Below, piece by piece: positions 12,501 through 24,500 of a stretch of 50,904 bases of DNA. The first letter of the stretch is position 1. Each line of letters opens with the position of its first letter. The stretch covers positions 1-50,904 of the forward strand of contig ADNK01002344.1 of the NCBI GenBank assembly GCA_000320545.1, read 5' to 3'. A model generated the notes under the pieces. It saw nothing but the letters and a program-made list of their open reading frames with translations. It ran no database searches and was not told where the DNA came from. A program made the translations under genes and the position numbers. The DNA comes from Bigelowiella natans CCMP2755 (Eukaryota > Protista > Cercozoa).

Positions 12501-15500
12501 GTTCTGGCTTGGGGGTCTTCTTCTGCAGCAGCAGCTTGTGGGCATGCGGGGACGGGTAGCCGATACGGTGGGTGTGTCCATCGTCGAAATCCACAACCGC
12601 AACTCCATTTTCCCAGGTTCTTATAGTTCCTGGTAATCCAAACACACAACAACATATCACGATTAGAAGGCTGCAAAACGGTGTTTTGTATGCGCATGCA
12701 TGACCTGTGAATATTGTGGAATCGTACATCTATTGCGTCGAAGAACGGCGAAACTTCCTCTCTATTATAACTACTAGCGATAAGAAACGAAATTCTACCT
12801 GGGAACCATCCCCAACCGTTGGGGGTGTGGTCGTCCACGAATGGCGCCACCACTCTCATCCCAAGCTTCGGCTGCATCTTACTGTGCAGCGTGGGGGCGA
12901 TGAGGTACTCTCCGTGGACTGGAGGGTATTCGTACACGTGCTCTTTCTTGACATCGCACGACTGGATCTTGATAAACCACTTGCCGTTCTCGACGTATCT
13001 CCCTGTGGCGAAGCCGTCCAAGTAGCACAGGTTGCCCTTGTACCCAGAGGTTCTCACCAGGACGCGGTCGCCCTTCTGGATAATGCACGGCACAAGATCG
13101 TCCCCGCCTTCGCCTTTGGTTTCCTCCCCGTCCGATAGCGTACTCAGCAGCTCGTCTTCGTTGGCAACGAAGGTGTTTCGCCGCAGTCGCTTCGTCATCT
13201 TGGCGCTCTCCTCTGCCATGGACACGGACTTCGCGAACATATTTCCGACCCGAGCGCCGTTGAGGTAAAGGGTGATGCTGGACGGGGGTGTTTGAGAGAG
13301 GTTGCCGCTGCACAGATCTCGAGGCTGCGTTTGCAGCGATGACGCTGACGACGACGAAAGGGAGTGAAAGTTGTGGACGAACTCTAGATGCTCCCACTCC
13401 CCCGTGCATACGTCAACGCCCGGGCATGTGTAAAGGTGCATGGACTGCACCTTGCGTTTAACCGTCTTCGCGTCTGGCTCATCCTCTTCGGTATCGTCGC
13501 CGAAGTGGGAACGGGTAGACGAGAAGAATATAAGCACTTCGGGCTCTCCCAGGTGGTTGATTCTCCAGCGAAACCATTGGTCACCATCCACCGTGCCACT
13601 CAAGAGTGGCCCGCCAGTTGGAACGTCATCCCCCACGATTTCCACGTCGTTGAGTCCGACATGCTGCAACTCATCGTCTGCACCACCCTGTGTTCGATCT
13701 ATCAGATCAAAGGTGAACCCTCCCTCGAGGGATGGGGGGAGTAGCCATTCCGTTCCCTCGAACTTGTCCGTCTTCTCGAGGTTTCGGTGCCATTTGACAT
13801 ATTTGCCATCCTTGACTCGTCGCAGCCCAACGCCCAGGAATCCGCTGTCTGTTGGATTCGGCTGCCCCCGGCCTCCAAGCAGTTTGAACCGAATCCGTCT
13901 GGGATTGTAGAATATTGGGCTTCTCACGATCACAGGAGCGTGCATTGTGTCGCGAAGAGCATAAGGAAACGGGAAAATGCCGTTGTTGCGGTTGTTGTTT
14001 GTGGTATTTCTATAGGTAAACCGCGAGTTGCCTCCAAGGACTTGCCAACCTTGCATGCCGGACTTTGGAGTCCAAGAATACTTTCGAATGCTCTGTCCTG
14101 CCTCCGGGAGCTTGATCAGCACGGACAGCCCCCCAGGCGTCTCGGAGAAATTCTTGGAAAGCTCCGCCGCCTTCAGCCCTGAAAACTTGAGGAAGTTCCC
14201 CTTCGGTGCAGGTGTGATCATCCTCACAGGCCGTTTTATATCCGGGATGAACATGTCAAAGAGTAGCGTGTAGTTTTGTAGGCTCTCCGTGACCGATACC
14301 GGGTAGGGCGTTGGGCGGAATAAGTTTCTTGGAACGGACACCGAACCCTGCGAAGTGATACATATCCCCAGCTTCGACTTTTGGCGCAGCTGCATTGGCG
14401 TGGCTGAGCGCGGTGGCGTCGGTGTTGCCAAGGAGGCCGCTTTCCCTTCTCTCCTCCTCGGTGTTGTCGCGTCGCTCGTCGTCTGCCTTTTCTCCATGCT
14501 TGGCAGCGAGGATGCTGCGGTGGACTTTAGTCTTCTGGACCTGAGCTTCTTCTCGACGATGCCAACGACCCTACCCCCATCTTCTTCCTCCGCGTACTTC
14601 AGCCCGACCACCTCAAAACCCTCTCGGGCTTTGAATCGGAAGCGGTTGTCGAGGCCGCCTTCGACGCCACGATCGGGAGATCCCGGCGGCGTCTGCAGTT
14701 GATGGGAGGAGCTGTTGCGCAGGTGGCCCGCGAAATGGCGTTCGCGGCCATTGGAAGTGTGGAAAGTTAGCTGCTTGGCCAAACCCGATCCTTGGATTCC
14801 CGTCACGCAGTTTATGTATTCGTTTTTGTCGAGGACAAAGCGGCTTGGAGAGCCTTTCTTGCTTCCATACTGCCTGAGCTCCCCCTCCCCCCGGAGGACG
14901 AAGGCAACACCCTCCAGTCGGAGGCTGATGTAGGCCCGGATGCTTATCACGTAGGGGATCACCTTCTTCAGATTCAGCTCCGTGTCTCGGTTCAGCTTGT
15001 CCAGAATTTCGGAGTATCTTGCCCTCGTCTGTGCCTCGCTCTCTAGGTCTCTCGCTTTGTGCGCATCCAAATGAGACATCATTGACATGATCTGGCCTTC
15101 ATAACCCATGAACAATGGGAGCCTTGCCAATTCCCTGACACGCTCCTGCACGTCTAGGTCCTCGGTGGTACTGCCTTTCCCAAATTGCTCTTGGGGCCGT
15201 TTCTGAGGCTGTTGTGAGTAGCGGTGGATTGTCACAAGGCAGTTGAAGGTCTTGGATTTCGTGATATTGGGGTTCTGAGCGATAGCCACGGTTGGGAAGG
15301 AGCCGTTAATCATAACAACAAGATCCCCCTTCTTTACGAGATACCACTTCGAGTCCTCCATGATCTCCAAGAAGTTGTGGGGAGGCACGATTCGGAATGG
15401 GATTGCCTTCAGAGGCAGAATAAACGTAATTTCTGTATACTTTCCGTCTTTCGACTGGCTCTTGCGCTCGTCGATCTTTTCAATCTCTTCCCCGCGATCC

Positions 15501-18500
15501 TCTTTCCGCTTCTCGACTGCCGCGGCCGCCACCGAGTTGCTAAGCCTCACCTGACTGCTGCGCCTCTTCTTTCGCCAGCATGACATGAGTGCTGACAAGA
15601 GGGCAAAGTCAACGTTGTGGTCGCAGATAACCTTGACGAGGTGGCCTAGATTGAACGCTTCCAACGCCTCCGCGAGCGTACCTGAAACGTCCAACGCATC
15701 AGGAAGGGTATCTCTTGTCTCGTAAGAGAGAGCCCCGTCTCCCCGCCCAGCGCTAAGACGCGGGCTGCTGCTACCACCCCCTTGGACACTACCATGCGAT
15801 TGATAATTGACGCTTACGCACGGTCGTCGGGGTCCGTGAAGGAAAGGCAACAAGTCCTGCAGCTCGCGGGACTGGCCCTGCATCAGGTCCACATCGTGCG
15901 CCGTGTACTTGAGGTCCTCGTGAGCGCATTTGACCTGGGAGTGGTTAAGCGCGAAGTTCCACACCCCGACGTTGGAAACGGTACCATGGAAGCCGTTCAC
16001 AAAGACGACCTTGCGGCCAGAATGCAGGCTGACATTTCCCCTCTCCAGGATGTACAGGGTCTTCTCCTTCTTACCCTCGAGACGCTGCTGCTCTCTTCGG
16101 ATGGCGCGAATGGCGTGGGCGAGCCGGAGGGTTTGTGCATCATTCATGCCGACGCTCTCCGCCATGGTTTCCAGGGCACTGGAATCCGACTGAAAGGGGA
16201 GCAAGGACTCCAAGCTACCATAACCGCTCCCACCGAGCTTCTCCACGAACTTCTCCAGGTCGTACAGAACGAGGAGTTCGTCAAGATTTTCGATTGGTAG
16301 GGACCGTTGTCGTTGCAGTTCCAGGGGAAGACGAGGAGTCTCAGGTTCGTTCTCGGGCTCGGAGCCGGTACATTCCGAGAGCTGCGGTGAAAGAGGAGCG
16401 GCAAAGACGGGGTCATTCACCTCCAAATTACCGCCACCAGACACAATCTTGGGGCCCTCAAAAGATTTTGGCGTCGTGAAGTCGTCATCGAATTGAAGGT
16501 GCCTGGCATCCGCTCGTAGTATCAGCTCGCCAGATTCGTAAATGGAGATATCGTGGCCCTTTGTCACAGTGACGGTCAGCGAGTACTTTCGCTTCTTCGA
16601 ATCCAACTTGCAGTGCGACACTTTCCGCCGGTCCTTGACGCTGACGTACAAGCCTCCCTTTCGTGCAGCGATGTTGTACAGAGGCTTCCCAGCACAATCA
16701 GTCAGCGTGAGCAGCTGCCTGCAGTTCAAACCAATCGATTGCTCATCCGGGCGCAACCACAGGGAGAAAGTAAGTCCTTCCGGCAGACCGGGACGCTTGC
16801 ACAGGTGCGGCATTCTGAGGAAGAATTCACAATAGGGGTCGACCTTCAAGCTCGCCTTTCGGCAGTCGGGTTCGGCGAACGCACAGGATATCTGTGCCGG
16901 CTGCCCTCCCAAGACATCCCTCACCGAGTGCCTCAGGTAGTTTTGCTTGCGTTTGAACGCGTAGAATGTGTATATAGTTGTCCACGCCTTGCTCTGCTGC
17001 GAATTGTCGAAGGGCGACTCTACCTCTACGATCCGGAATTGCTGTATTTTCTTCAAATCATCCCTTCTCTGTATCTGGTATTCGCTCGAGCCCTGGACTT
17101 TACTCGGGAAGACATGAAACTGCTTGGGAACGGCTGTCGTCGGCGTTCTCCATTTGCTCTCCCGCGCTCTGACACCAGCCGCTACATTGGTCGGGTGCAA
17201 CTTACTTGGGCCCTCGGGCATGAACGCGAAGAAAGGGCGATCGCCATCATGGAAGTTGCTCGATATGTACACGTTGATGGGGACCGATCCTTCCACCGGA
17301 TTCAAGAAAGCAAAGAAGTTGAACAGCTTCTTCCCGAAGGCGTTCTTGTCGGTGCTGGTCTCCGGAGTCGTGGCATTGGAGCCCGTCGTTGTGTTCCCCG
17401 CCTTGCCTATGTTGCATTTGACGGTGGGCTCGTTGTCCACAGCCTTCACCAGCACCAGCTGAGAGCGCCCCTTGAAGTCCGTGACAGATAACTCCACGAT
17501 GCTTTCGGCTGACCGCCAGAGCAGGCGCGGCCCGCTCCGTATAGTCTGGGACATATCGGTTACCAGAAAGACAGCGTCTGGGTACGGCGGGAGCTTTCGG
17601 GATGAAGCCCCGATCTCGGTGTTGCACGCGAGACGAAGCTCCTCCCGGGAGAGGGCTCGCATTTCTGTGTCAGTGAGTACGCCAGTGAACAGCCTCGGGT
17701 TCTGGATGTTGCCCTTGAAGCCGGACTCCGGTTTCGGGAAATCGTCCGCTCCCTTGCCGACCTTCACAACGCTGCCTGCTGGCGACGCTCCCGGTTGCAA
17801 CGTGCCCGAGTTCTCCAGATTGCCGTCCACATACAGCGCTACGGCTCCGTGGTTTATCTCAGAGTGGGTGACGCCTACGTGGTGGATCTTGCCGTCGTTG
17901 ACGGGGGTGGTACCTCTCACAGCTCCCCTGCCGGAGCAGGGAACAGAATCCTTGAAAACCTCGTGGGGCTCAAGGTCCACCTGGCCGTCTCCGTCTTCCC
18001 AGTTCACGGTAATCTTTCCATCCTCGTTCAGTCGTACGACGGTCGCGGGGTACTGGGAGCCGCCCTTGTACTTTGCCATCACCTTGTCCCCCAGCGAGCA
18101 GATGCTCCCCAGCGACCCGAAGTGCAGAACGTTGTTCTGGATGTAGAGTCCCTTGGCGCCCTTCTCAAAGGGCCCCGTCGGTGCGCACTGGGCGATGATC
18201 GCGCCCTGGTTGCCTGCGTTCTGAATGATTGCGCTCAAGCTGAAGTTCCCGCTCAGCCCCAGCTTTGTCTCCGAGATCACCTGCGTTTCCCCGTTGAAGG
18301 TCTTTGCCTCCGCCAGCAGTACGGATTTCTCAAGCACCCTCCTCAAGGTTTCCTCGGTGGTTTCGACCAGGAGGTCCCGGCTTGACTTCTCGTTCCTGGA
18401 CTGCAGTTGGTGAAGGCGCAGCTCCTCGGTGATCGAGTTGACCCGATTCGCGGCGACGAGGCAGTTCTCAAGGTTCCTCATCGAGGGCTGGATCTTCTGG

Positions 18501-21500
18501 ATCGAGTCCAGGGGTTGCATGGCGTACTGGACGAGGTTTTGGATGTACTGCCGGTTCTCGTTCTCGAATTTCTCTCTCCACAGCCCTCCCGAGGATTGCA
18601 GGATCTGTGCGAGCACGCGCATGCACATGCGATGTAGCTGGAGGTTCGATCTTCTCTCTGGCCAACGGGCTATGGAGCCTGGGGTTGTCGGCATCAACAG
18701 GCTATTTTCATCTTCCCCGAATCCGCCTCCTATTACACCATCGTCCTCCAAACTGCCCGTAGTGATGGCACGCACACCCCCCTGGGACTTGAAAGCGGTG
18801 GAGTTGCCGTAAGTGAAATTGGCTAGCTTTGCAATCAAGTCCTTGACGTGGCTCAAGTGGTGGTACGGGAACACGACATCCTCCAAAAGGTGCAGGGCGG
18901 TGTCGTTCTCAACGGTGACGACGGACCCCGAGTCCAGCAGCAGCGCCGTTCTCTTCGACTTTGGGAGGGTTCCCGAGGACGCAGAAGCGAGGAACTTGAA
19001 GCCCCAACTATTTGAGTTTACGTTGCTAGTTTTGAAGTAGACGACGAAGCTGTCGCTCGGAATAAGAAGGGGCGATTCCTTACCGACCCCGGGCCACTTG
19101 CGCCCTGAGTAACCGTGAGGGTTGCCGAAAACCTGACGCTTGCGTCTATCTTTGTAGAAGTACAGAGTGTCCGACTTGGTCTGGCTGCGGGTGTCGAAGA
19201 CCACCTTGATCTCCTTCGCCCCCGGCATTCTCACATCAAACCACTGGGACGTGGAGCGATCGTGGGGATGCTGCGACTGTATCGTGATGTCCTGAATCTG
19301 CTCCTCGGACACGACCGAGTTCTCCGGGCGGAGTATGTGCTGCGAGAGCCGAATGACGATTCCCGGATCGCTCTCCGAGCGCAACCGCACTAAGCTCCCC
19401 ATCCGGAGTGCCTCCTTCTCCCCCCCGAGGATTGCGAGCGCAGACACCAGGTTGTTCGTGAGCTTTTCGTCGTAGCCGATGGTCCGCTTCTTGGTGCTCG
19501 TCAGATCGTTGAGGGCCCCCAGTAGGAACCTCTCCGCCTCCCTTCGCCACAGATTAGTTCGCTCCGCGGGCGAGTGGCGGGTGATGAGCGAGCGGTAGAG
19601 GTAGATGGTTTCCCACGCTAGCGTGGCGTTGTTCGTGAATAGCTCCGAAGGCGCCAGAGAGAGGAGGTGTGAGTGTGGGTTGCGAGGGCTACACCCGTGA
19701 AGATCCGATCGAACATCGACTGTAGCAACTGTTGCGAGCTGTAGAGAAGGCTGGTGCCATTCGGCTGCGTGTACGGCAGCGCCTTTCTGAGGACGCGAGT
19801 AACGAGGATTGACACCGATGAATTCGGCGCGAACCCCTCCATCACGATAGGGAGGAGGATATTCAACCACCGTGGGGAAGCAATAGCAGTGGCCATTTTC
19901 TCAGACTTGACAGCACGGACTAGTACCCACAACTGTTGGCACAACTGAAGCTCTAACTCAGCCGCAGTTAACTCGTTTTTATGCAGTTCCTCGCCACTGT
20001 CTTTGTCGCTCGATGAGCTTCCAACCTTGATGAAGTTCGTGTTAGCAGAATTACCAGCGGCAGTCGAGGGACTCCCACCAGCGGAAAGGGAATCTTGTCG
20101 TTGTCCTCTTTGCTGATCATTTCCCTCAGAAGCAAAACTGGAGATGCTGCCGGAATCTGTGAGATATCGCGCATGCTTGGCAACGCGGATACGATCGGAG
20201 CTTATGGAAACCCATTCTTTGACCCCAGAATGGAGAAATCTGACATTGATGTCGCTGGGAAGCTTGGAGATGAGTATGGCCTCCTTCCAGTCGCCATGGT
20301 CATTCAGCACCTCAATCATCATGCCGGTCTTCAGAGAGACGCGCCATTTCCTATCATTTATGTGCTTGTACCAAGATATCGAGCAGTCCGAGAGAGCCAT
20401 ATCGGACCAGAGAGGATAGTCGTCGCCTCCTGCAGCATTGGGCTCGATATCGTCATCGTCCAAAAGCTCGTGGTCGTCAGGGGGCCCGGATCCTTTAGCT
20501 CGGACGGATTTGCCTAGAACGCCCGTCTTTTCAAGCACGGTTTCCTTCAGCGCGATGACCACGGTGTCGTCGGGATTGAACCTGCGGATCATTGCATCGC
20601 ACCATCTTCTCTTAGGCCTGCTGTAGTAAACAACCTGCTGGCCAACGTGGAACTTTGCGGTCGGGACCCCGCCCTCTTCAGGGCCCACTCCACGAGGATG
20701 CTTGTTTCTGGGAGGGTGTGAGCCTTTGGCGAATTTCTTGCGGTCGAGAGGCTGCTGGGTCTTTTCATCATGGTTTCTGCTTCTGCTGCTGCTGACGCTA
20801 CCTAATTTCTCGTCCACGGCTACGTGCTTCTTGGCCCTAAGGAGGTGGGCTCGACGGGCTGCAACGACACGTGTGAACCAGTCAAATTCCGTCTCCAGCA
20901 TATTGCACACGTTCTTTAGCTCAAGCAGGGTGTCCCTGTCGTCCATCTCAAGCAGATCGTCGACTTCATAGCCTTTGTCCTCGAAGGTAAATGCGAATCT
21001 ATCGAGCCCGATCAACGAGCACAGCTCTTTTACGCTCTTCGGCTTTGGAGCCTCCAGAACGCGGTTCAGTGCCCGATTCTCGTCAATTACCTTCTTGCGT
21101 GCTCGCGTCAAACTCTCAACACGCGAGTGTATCACATCCAGGATAGTCTTGCAAAGAACCGGGTATTCGCTTGCATTGTCAAAGGCCATGTATGATACCA
21201 GGCGAAATAGTAGCCACGCGGCGATCTGTACATATATTTCTTGTTCTCCAGCCGGGTAAAGGATTCCAGACCCAAGTCCCTCGCCCTTGCCGTCGCTAGT
21301 AGCAGCATCATCCTTATCATCATCCGTATCGTCTGTATTTGAGGTGCGAACCTTCTTCTCCTTCTCCTTCTTCTCCTTTCTCTTTGGCCGGGGCACTGGC
21401 TCTAGCGCTTTCGTCTTTTTCGAGGACTGCGCGGAGCCGCGCATGGAGGCCAGCTTCGAGAGCCTCGACACAAAGCCTATGCTCTGTATGTGGCCCAGGT

Positions 21501-24500
21501 CACAGGGTTCAAGGATGGAACACAGCTCGATTGTGCACCTCTTCATGACTACGGAGGAGCCCTTACTTGTGCGGTCCAGGTTGAACATGAAGCTGATGAT
21601 TCCGAAGTAGGAGTCGCCGAGGGCGCGAGTGAGTTTCGGCCCAGCGCATTCCACAGACGTGAGATAGTGGTGCGGGAAGGTCCTGTTGCGAACCAGGGCG
21701 TCTGGACTGCTGCCGCTGTTGCTGCGGCTGTTGCGGGCGCTCTCCCTCGCCGCTAACGAGGACGATAGAGAAGATGCCGAGTTGGCCAATTTTGACGAGG
21801 AGTTTCCAGAGGAGAGGCAAAAGACCCTGGCAAGATGGTAAAGGGCCTGGTTCATAAGAACCACGGCGGTTGATTCGCTCTGAACCACCCTACTCGACTC
21901 GTCAACATCGAGCATGCCGTACTCTCCGGGCGCGTCCCTGCGTTTTCCCTCTGGCCAGGCCATATCCTTGGGAATCACAATCAAGGGCGTATCGACTAGA
22001 TCGATCTTCTGGATGAAATCAAGGTCTAGCCCCCCCCCATCCGGAGCCAGTCTGCCCCTGTGGGGGCTCGGATACCTGATCTCCCAACTTGTCCCATCGC
22101 CGACATTGACTTTGGCCTGATTTCTCCTCCACTCGCTGACGCTTCCAGCGTACCAGGCCCATTTGTCCGGTGTTTTCTCGTCTTGGATCGGGATGAACAC
22201 CCGCGATCCGACCTTGGGCTCCAGCGTATGACGAGGGCACACCAAGTACTCGTCGTTGCTGGGTGGGTAGGGGAAGGCCTTCTCCTTCTGGTCGGATAGG
22301 GGTGCCCTCACTCGCAACTCCCAACCAGTTCTCCCGACCGGCACGCAAGACGACACAGCCCCCTCCAAGTAGCACACGTGGTTTTGGAACCCCTTCGTGC
22401 GCACGAGCACCCGCTCCCCCCGCGAGAGCGGCGGGTGAATCTTCTCCGATACAAACGGTTCTGGTGAGCGCGTAGGTGCCGATATCTGTGGAAACTGAAC
22501 AAAGCACGTCAGCAGCGACTGAAAATAGCGCAAGCCTTGCAACCTCAGCAGGGCGCGCGATCTCTGTATCAGCATCACTTGCCGCACAGATTTCGAGCCG
22601 AATCTCTCCGGGACCGCGGACAGGATGGACAGAATATCCTCACACACGTTCTCAGCGGAAGAGCAAGCTTGGTCGGCCACGGAAACTGTGAGCAGCTGCC
22701 TTCTTACAATTTCTTTTTTTGCCCAGGCCAAAGCTGATTGGTGGAATGACTTCTTGTGGTCGGCCTTGCGCCACTTCGAGGATCCAGATCTAGCGAGCCG
22801 CATCGGAGAGAGCAGGTCATCGTCATCATCAAACTCCTCGTCGAGCATTCCTGGAGAGACACCCATCTCTTTTCTCTCGCTATTGTTAAAGAACGGAATG
22901 GCCCGTACAGCAGGGGGCGGTTGCAGCTCTAACAACAGCCGAAGCCTCTCCCTATATTGCTCGCACAAGTTGTCCATGTTCGCACCCTCGCCTTTTGCGC
23001 GCCCCAGCTCCATCTTTATTCTCCTCACTCGAGACCACCACTCGACGAGGATTTTGAGCACTAGCTTACACTTGCCTTCAAGAGGCTTTTTTTCCTGCTT
23101 TCCCTGCTCTCTATCCATCCGTTCTAGAGTCCTTGCTACGTAGAGCGCGGGCTCAATCATGCGCGTGTGCCGCAGAATGGCGGCGAAGGCAAGTCGGCAT
23201 ATCGGCTCGGAAACCCTCTTTACGGACCCGGGAAGGATAACAGGTCTGAAGTTGCGACGAATCTCTTTCAGTAATATCATCCCAAGGCTCTTCTCCTCAC
23301 AAATGAGCTGAAGAAAATTGTTTGCTTCGTGGTCAATGGCGTCGTCGTCGTCGAATGATGTGGTGGACGTGCCGGAGCCCTTCCTCTCCCTGACTTCTGG
23401 CTGCTGCTTGAGCTCGCCCTCTTTTCTTGCGTAAGAGGGCCGAGAGCCAAGGAGGCTCTCATCCAGAATGGACTGGAGTTCTGGAATGACACCGCTTCTA
23501 ATGCCCCCCTTCAGGAGCGTGCAGTGTATCCAGCTAGTAGTGGCTGGTGACCCTTCGATACTCGTCAGCGGCAGCGAGAAGGTGAGGTGGCCGCACATCA
23601 TAGACGCTACTCTTGCAGTGATGACGGCAAACCGAGAGTGCAGCCAACGAACCACGTCGACTAGAGGGTGGTTGGAGTCCTTTACCTGCGTCACAACCTT
23701 TTCGACGAAGCTCCGGTGCTGCTCGAGGAGGCTTTTCAGGCGCGGAATCATCCGCAGGCAGAACTTGGGCCTCGAAGACAGTCGCGAGCACACCGTCCAG
23801 ATCGCTACCATTATTTCCCTGGCCGTCGAGCCAAGAATGGAGCTTTGGATGCAGCAAAGCAGCCAGCGCGCCTGCGTGGGGTTTTCCTTGGCGGATTCGA
23901 CCATAGTAGAGAGCTGCTCGTACAGCCGCTCACAGTCTCGGATAGCGCTCTCAGCGATGTCAGCGAAAATACTGCAGTACATCTTGGCGTTGCGAGAGGC
24001 CTGCGATGGGTGCACGTTCCCCAGCATTACCCTGCGGAATGGATTTCCGCTTGAGGAGGATGAGCCGCTTCTATCTCCCCACCCGCCGCTATTCCGACTG
24101 TTCCCGTTAGACGAATCGCCTTCGCTTTGTAGCAAGTTGAACTGCCGCATCCATTCTTCTGCATTGACTAGTAACCATTCACCCGCCCGCTCGATGTCAT
24201 CGTCCGCCCCTTCCATGGCAGCCTCGCACACGGCACGTGTATAACCGAGGTCCATCAACCTTCTAAGATCCCCAGTAGGCGCTTCTTCTCCCGAACTCAT
24301 CTGGCTTTCCAAAGCCGCCGCATTCTGTGAGAGGTACTCGGCGGCAGCTTCTACGCTACCGTCGCTCCTCTGCAGGGCTTCAGCACACGCCTCTTCGCTG
24401 TACCCCAGGTCCACAAGCGTCTGTACCTGATGATAATGACAATAACGATGATAGCATAATTAAGCACGAGGTGATGAGCTTACGACCTCAATATCATAGC

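Larger units (their letters stand above)
15585..21035 (-). other. Three dispersed SAM-like domains (~20850-21035, ~16100-16290, ~15585-15690) within the giant E3
   Basis: SVKELCSLIGLDRFAFTFEDKGYEVDDLLEM; NLDELLVLYDLEKFVEKLGGSGYGSLESLL..VGMNDAQTLRL; TLAEALEAFNLGHLVKVICDHNVDFALL. Confidence 0.6.
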
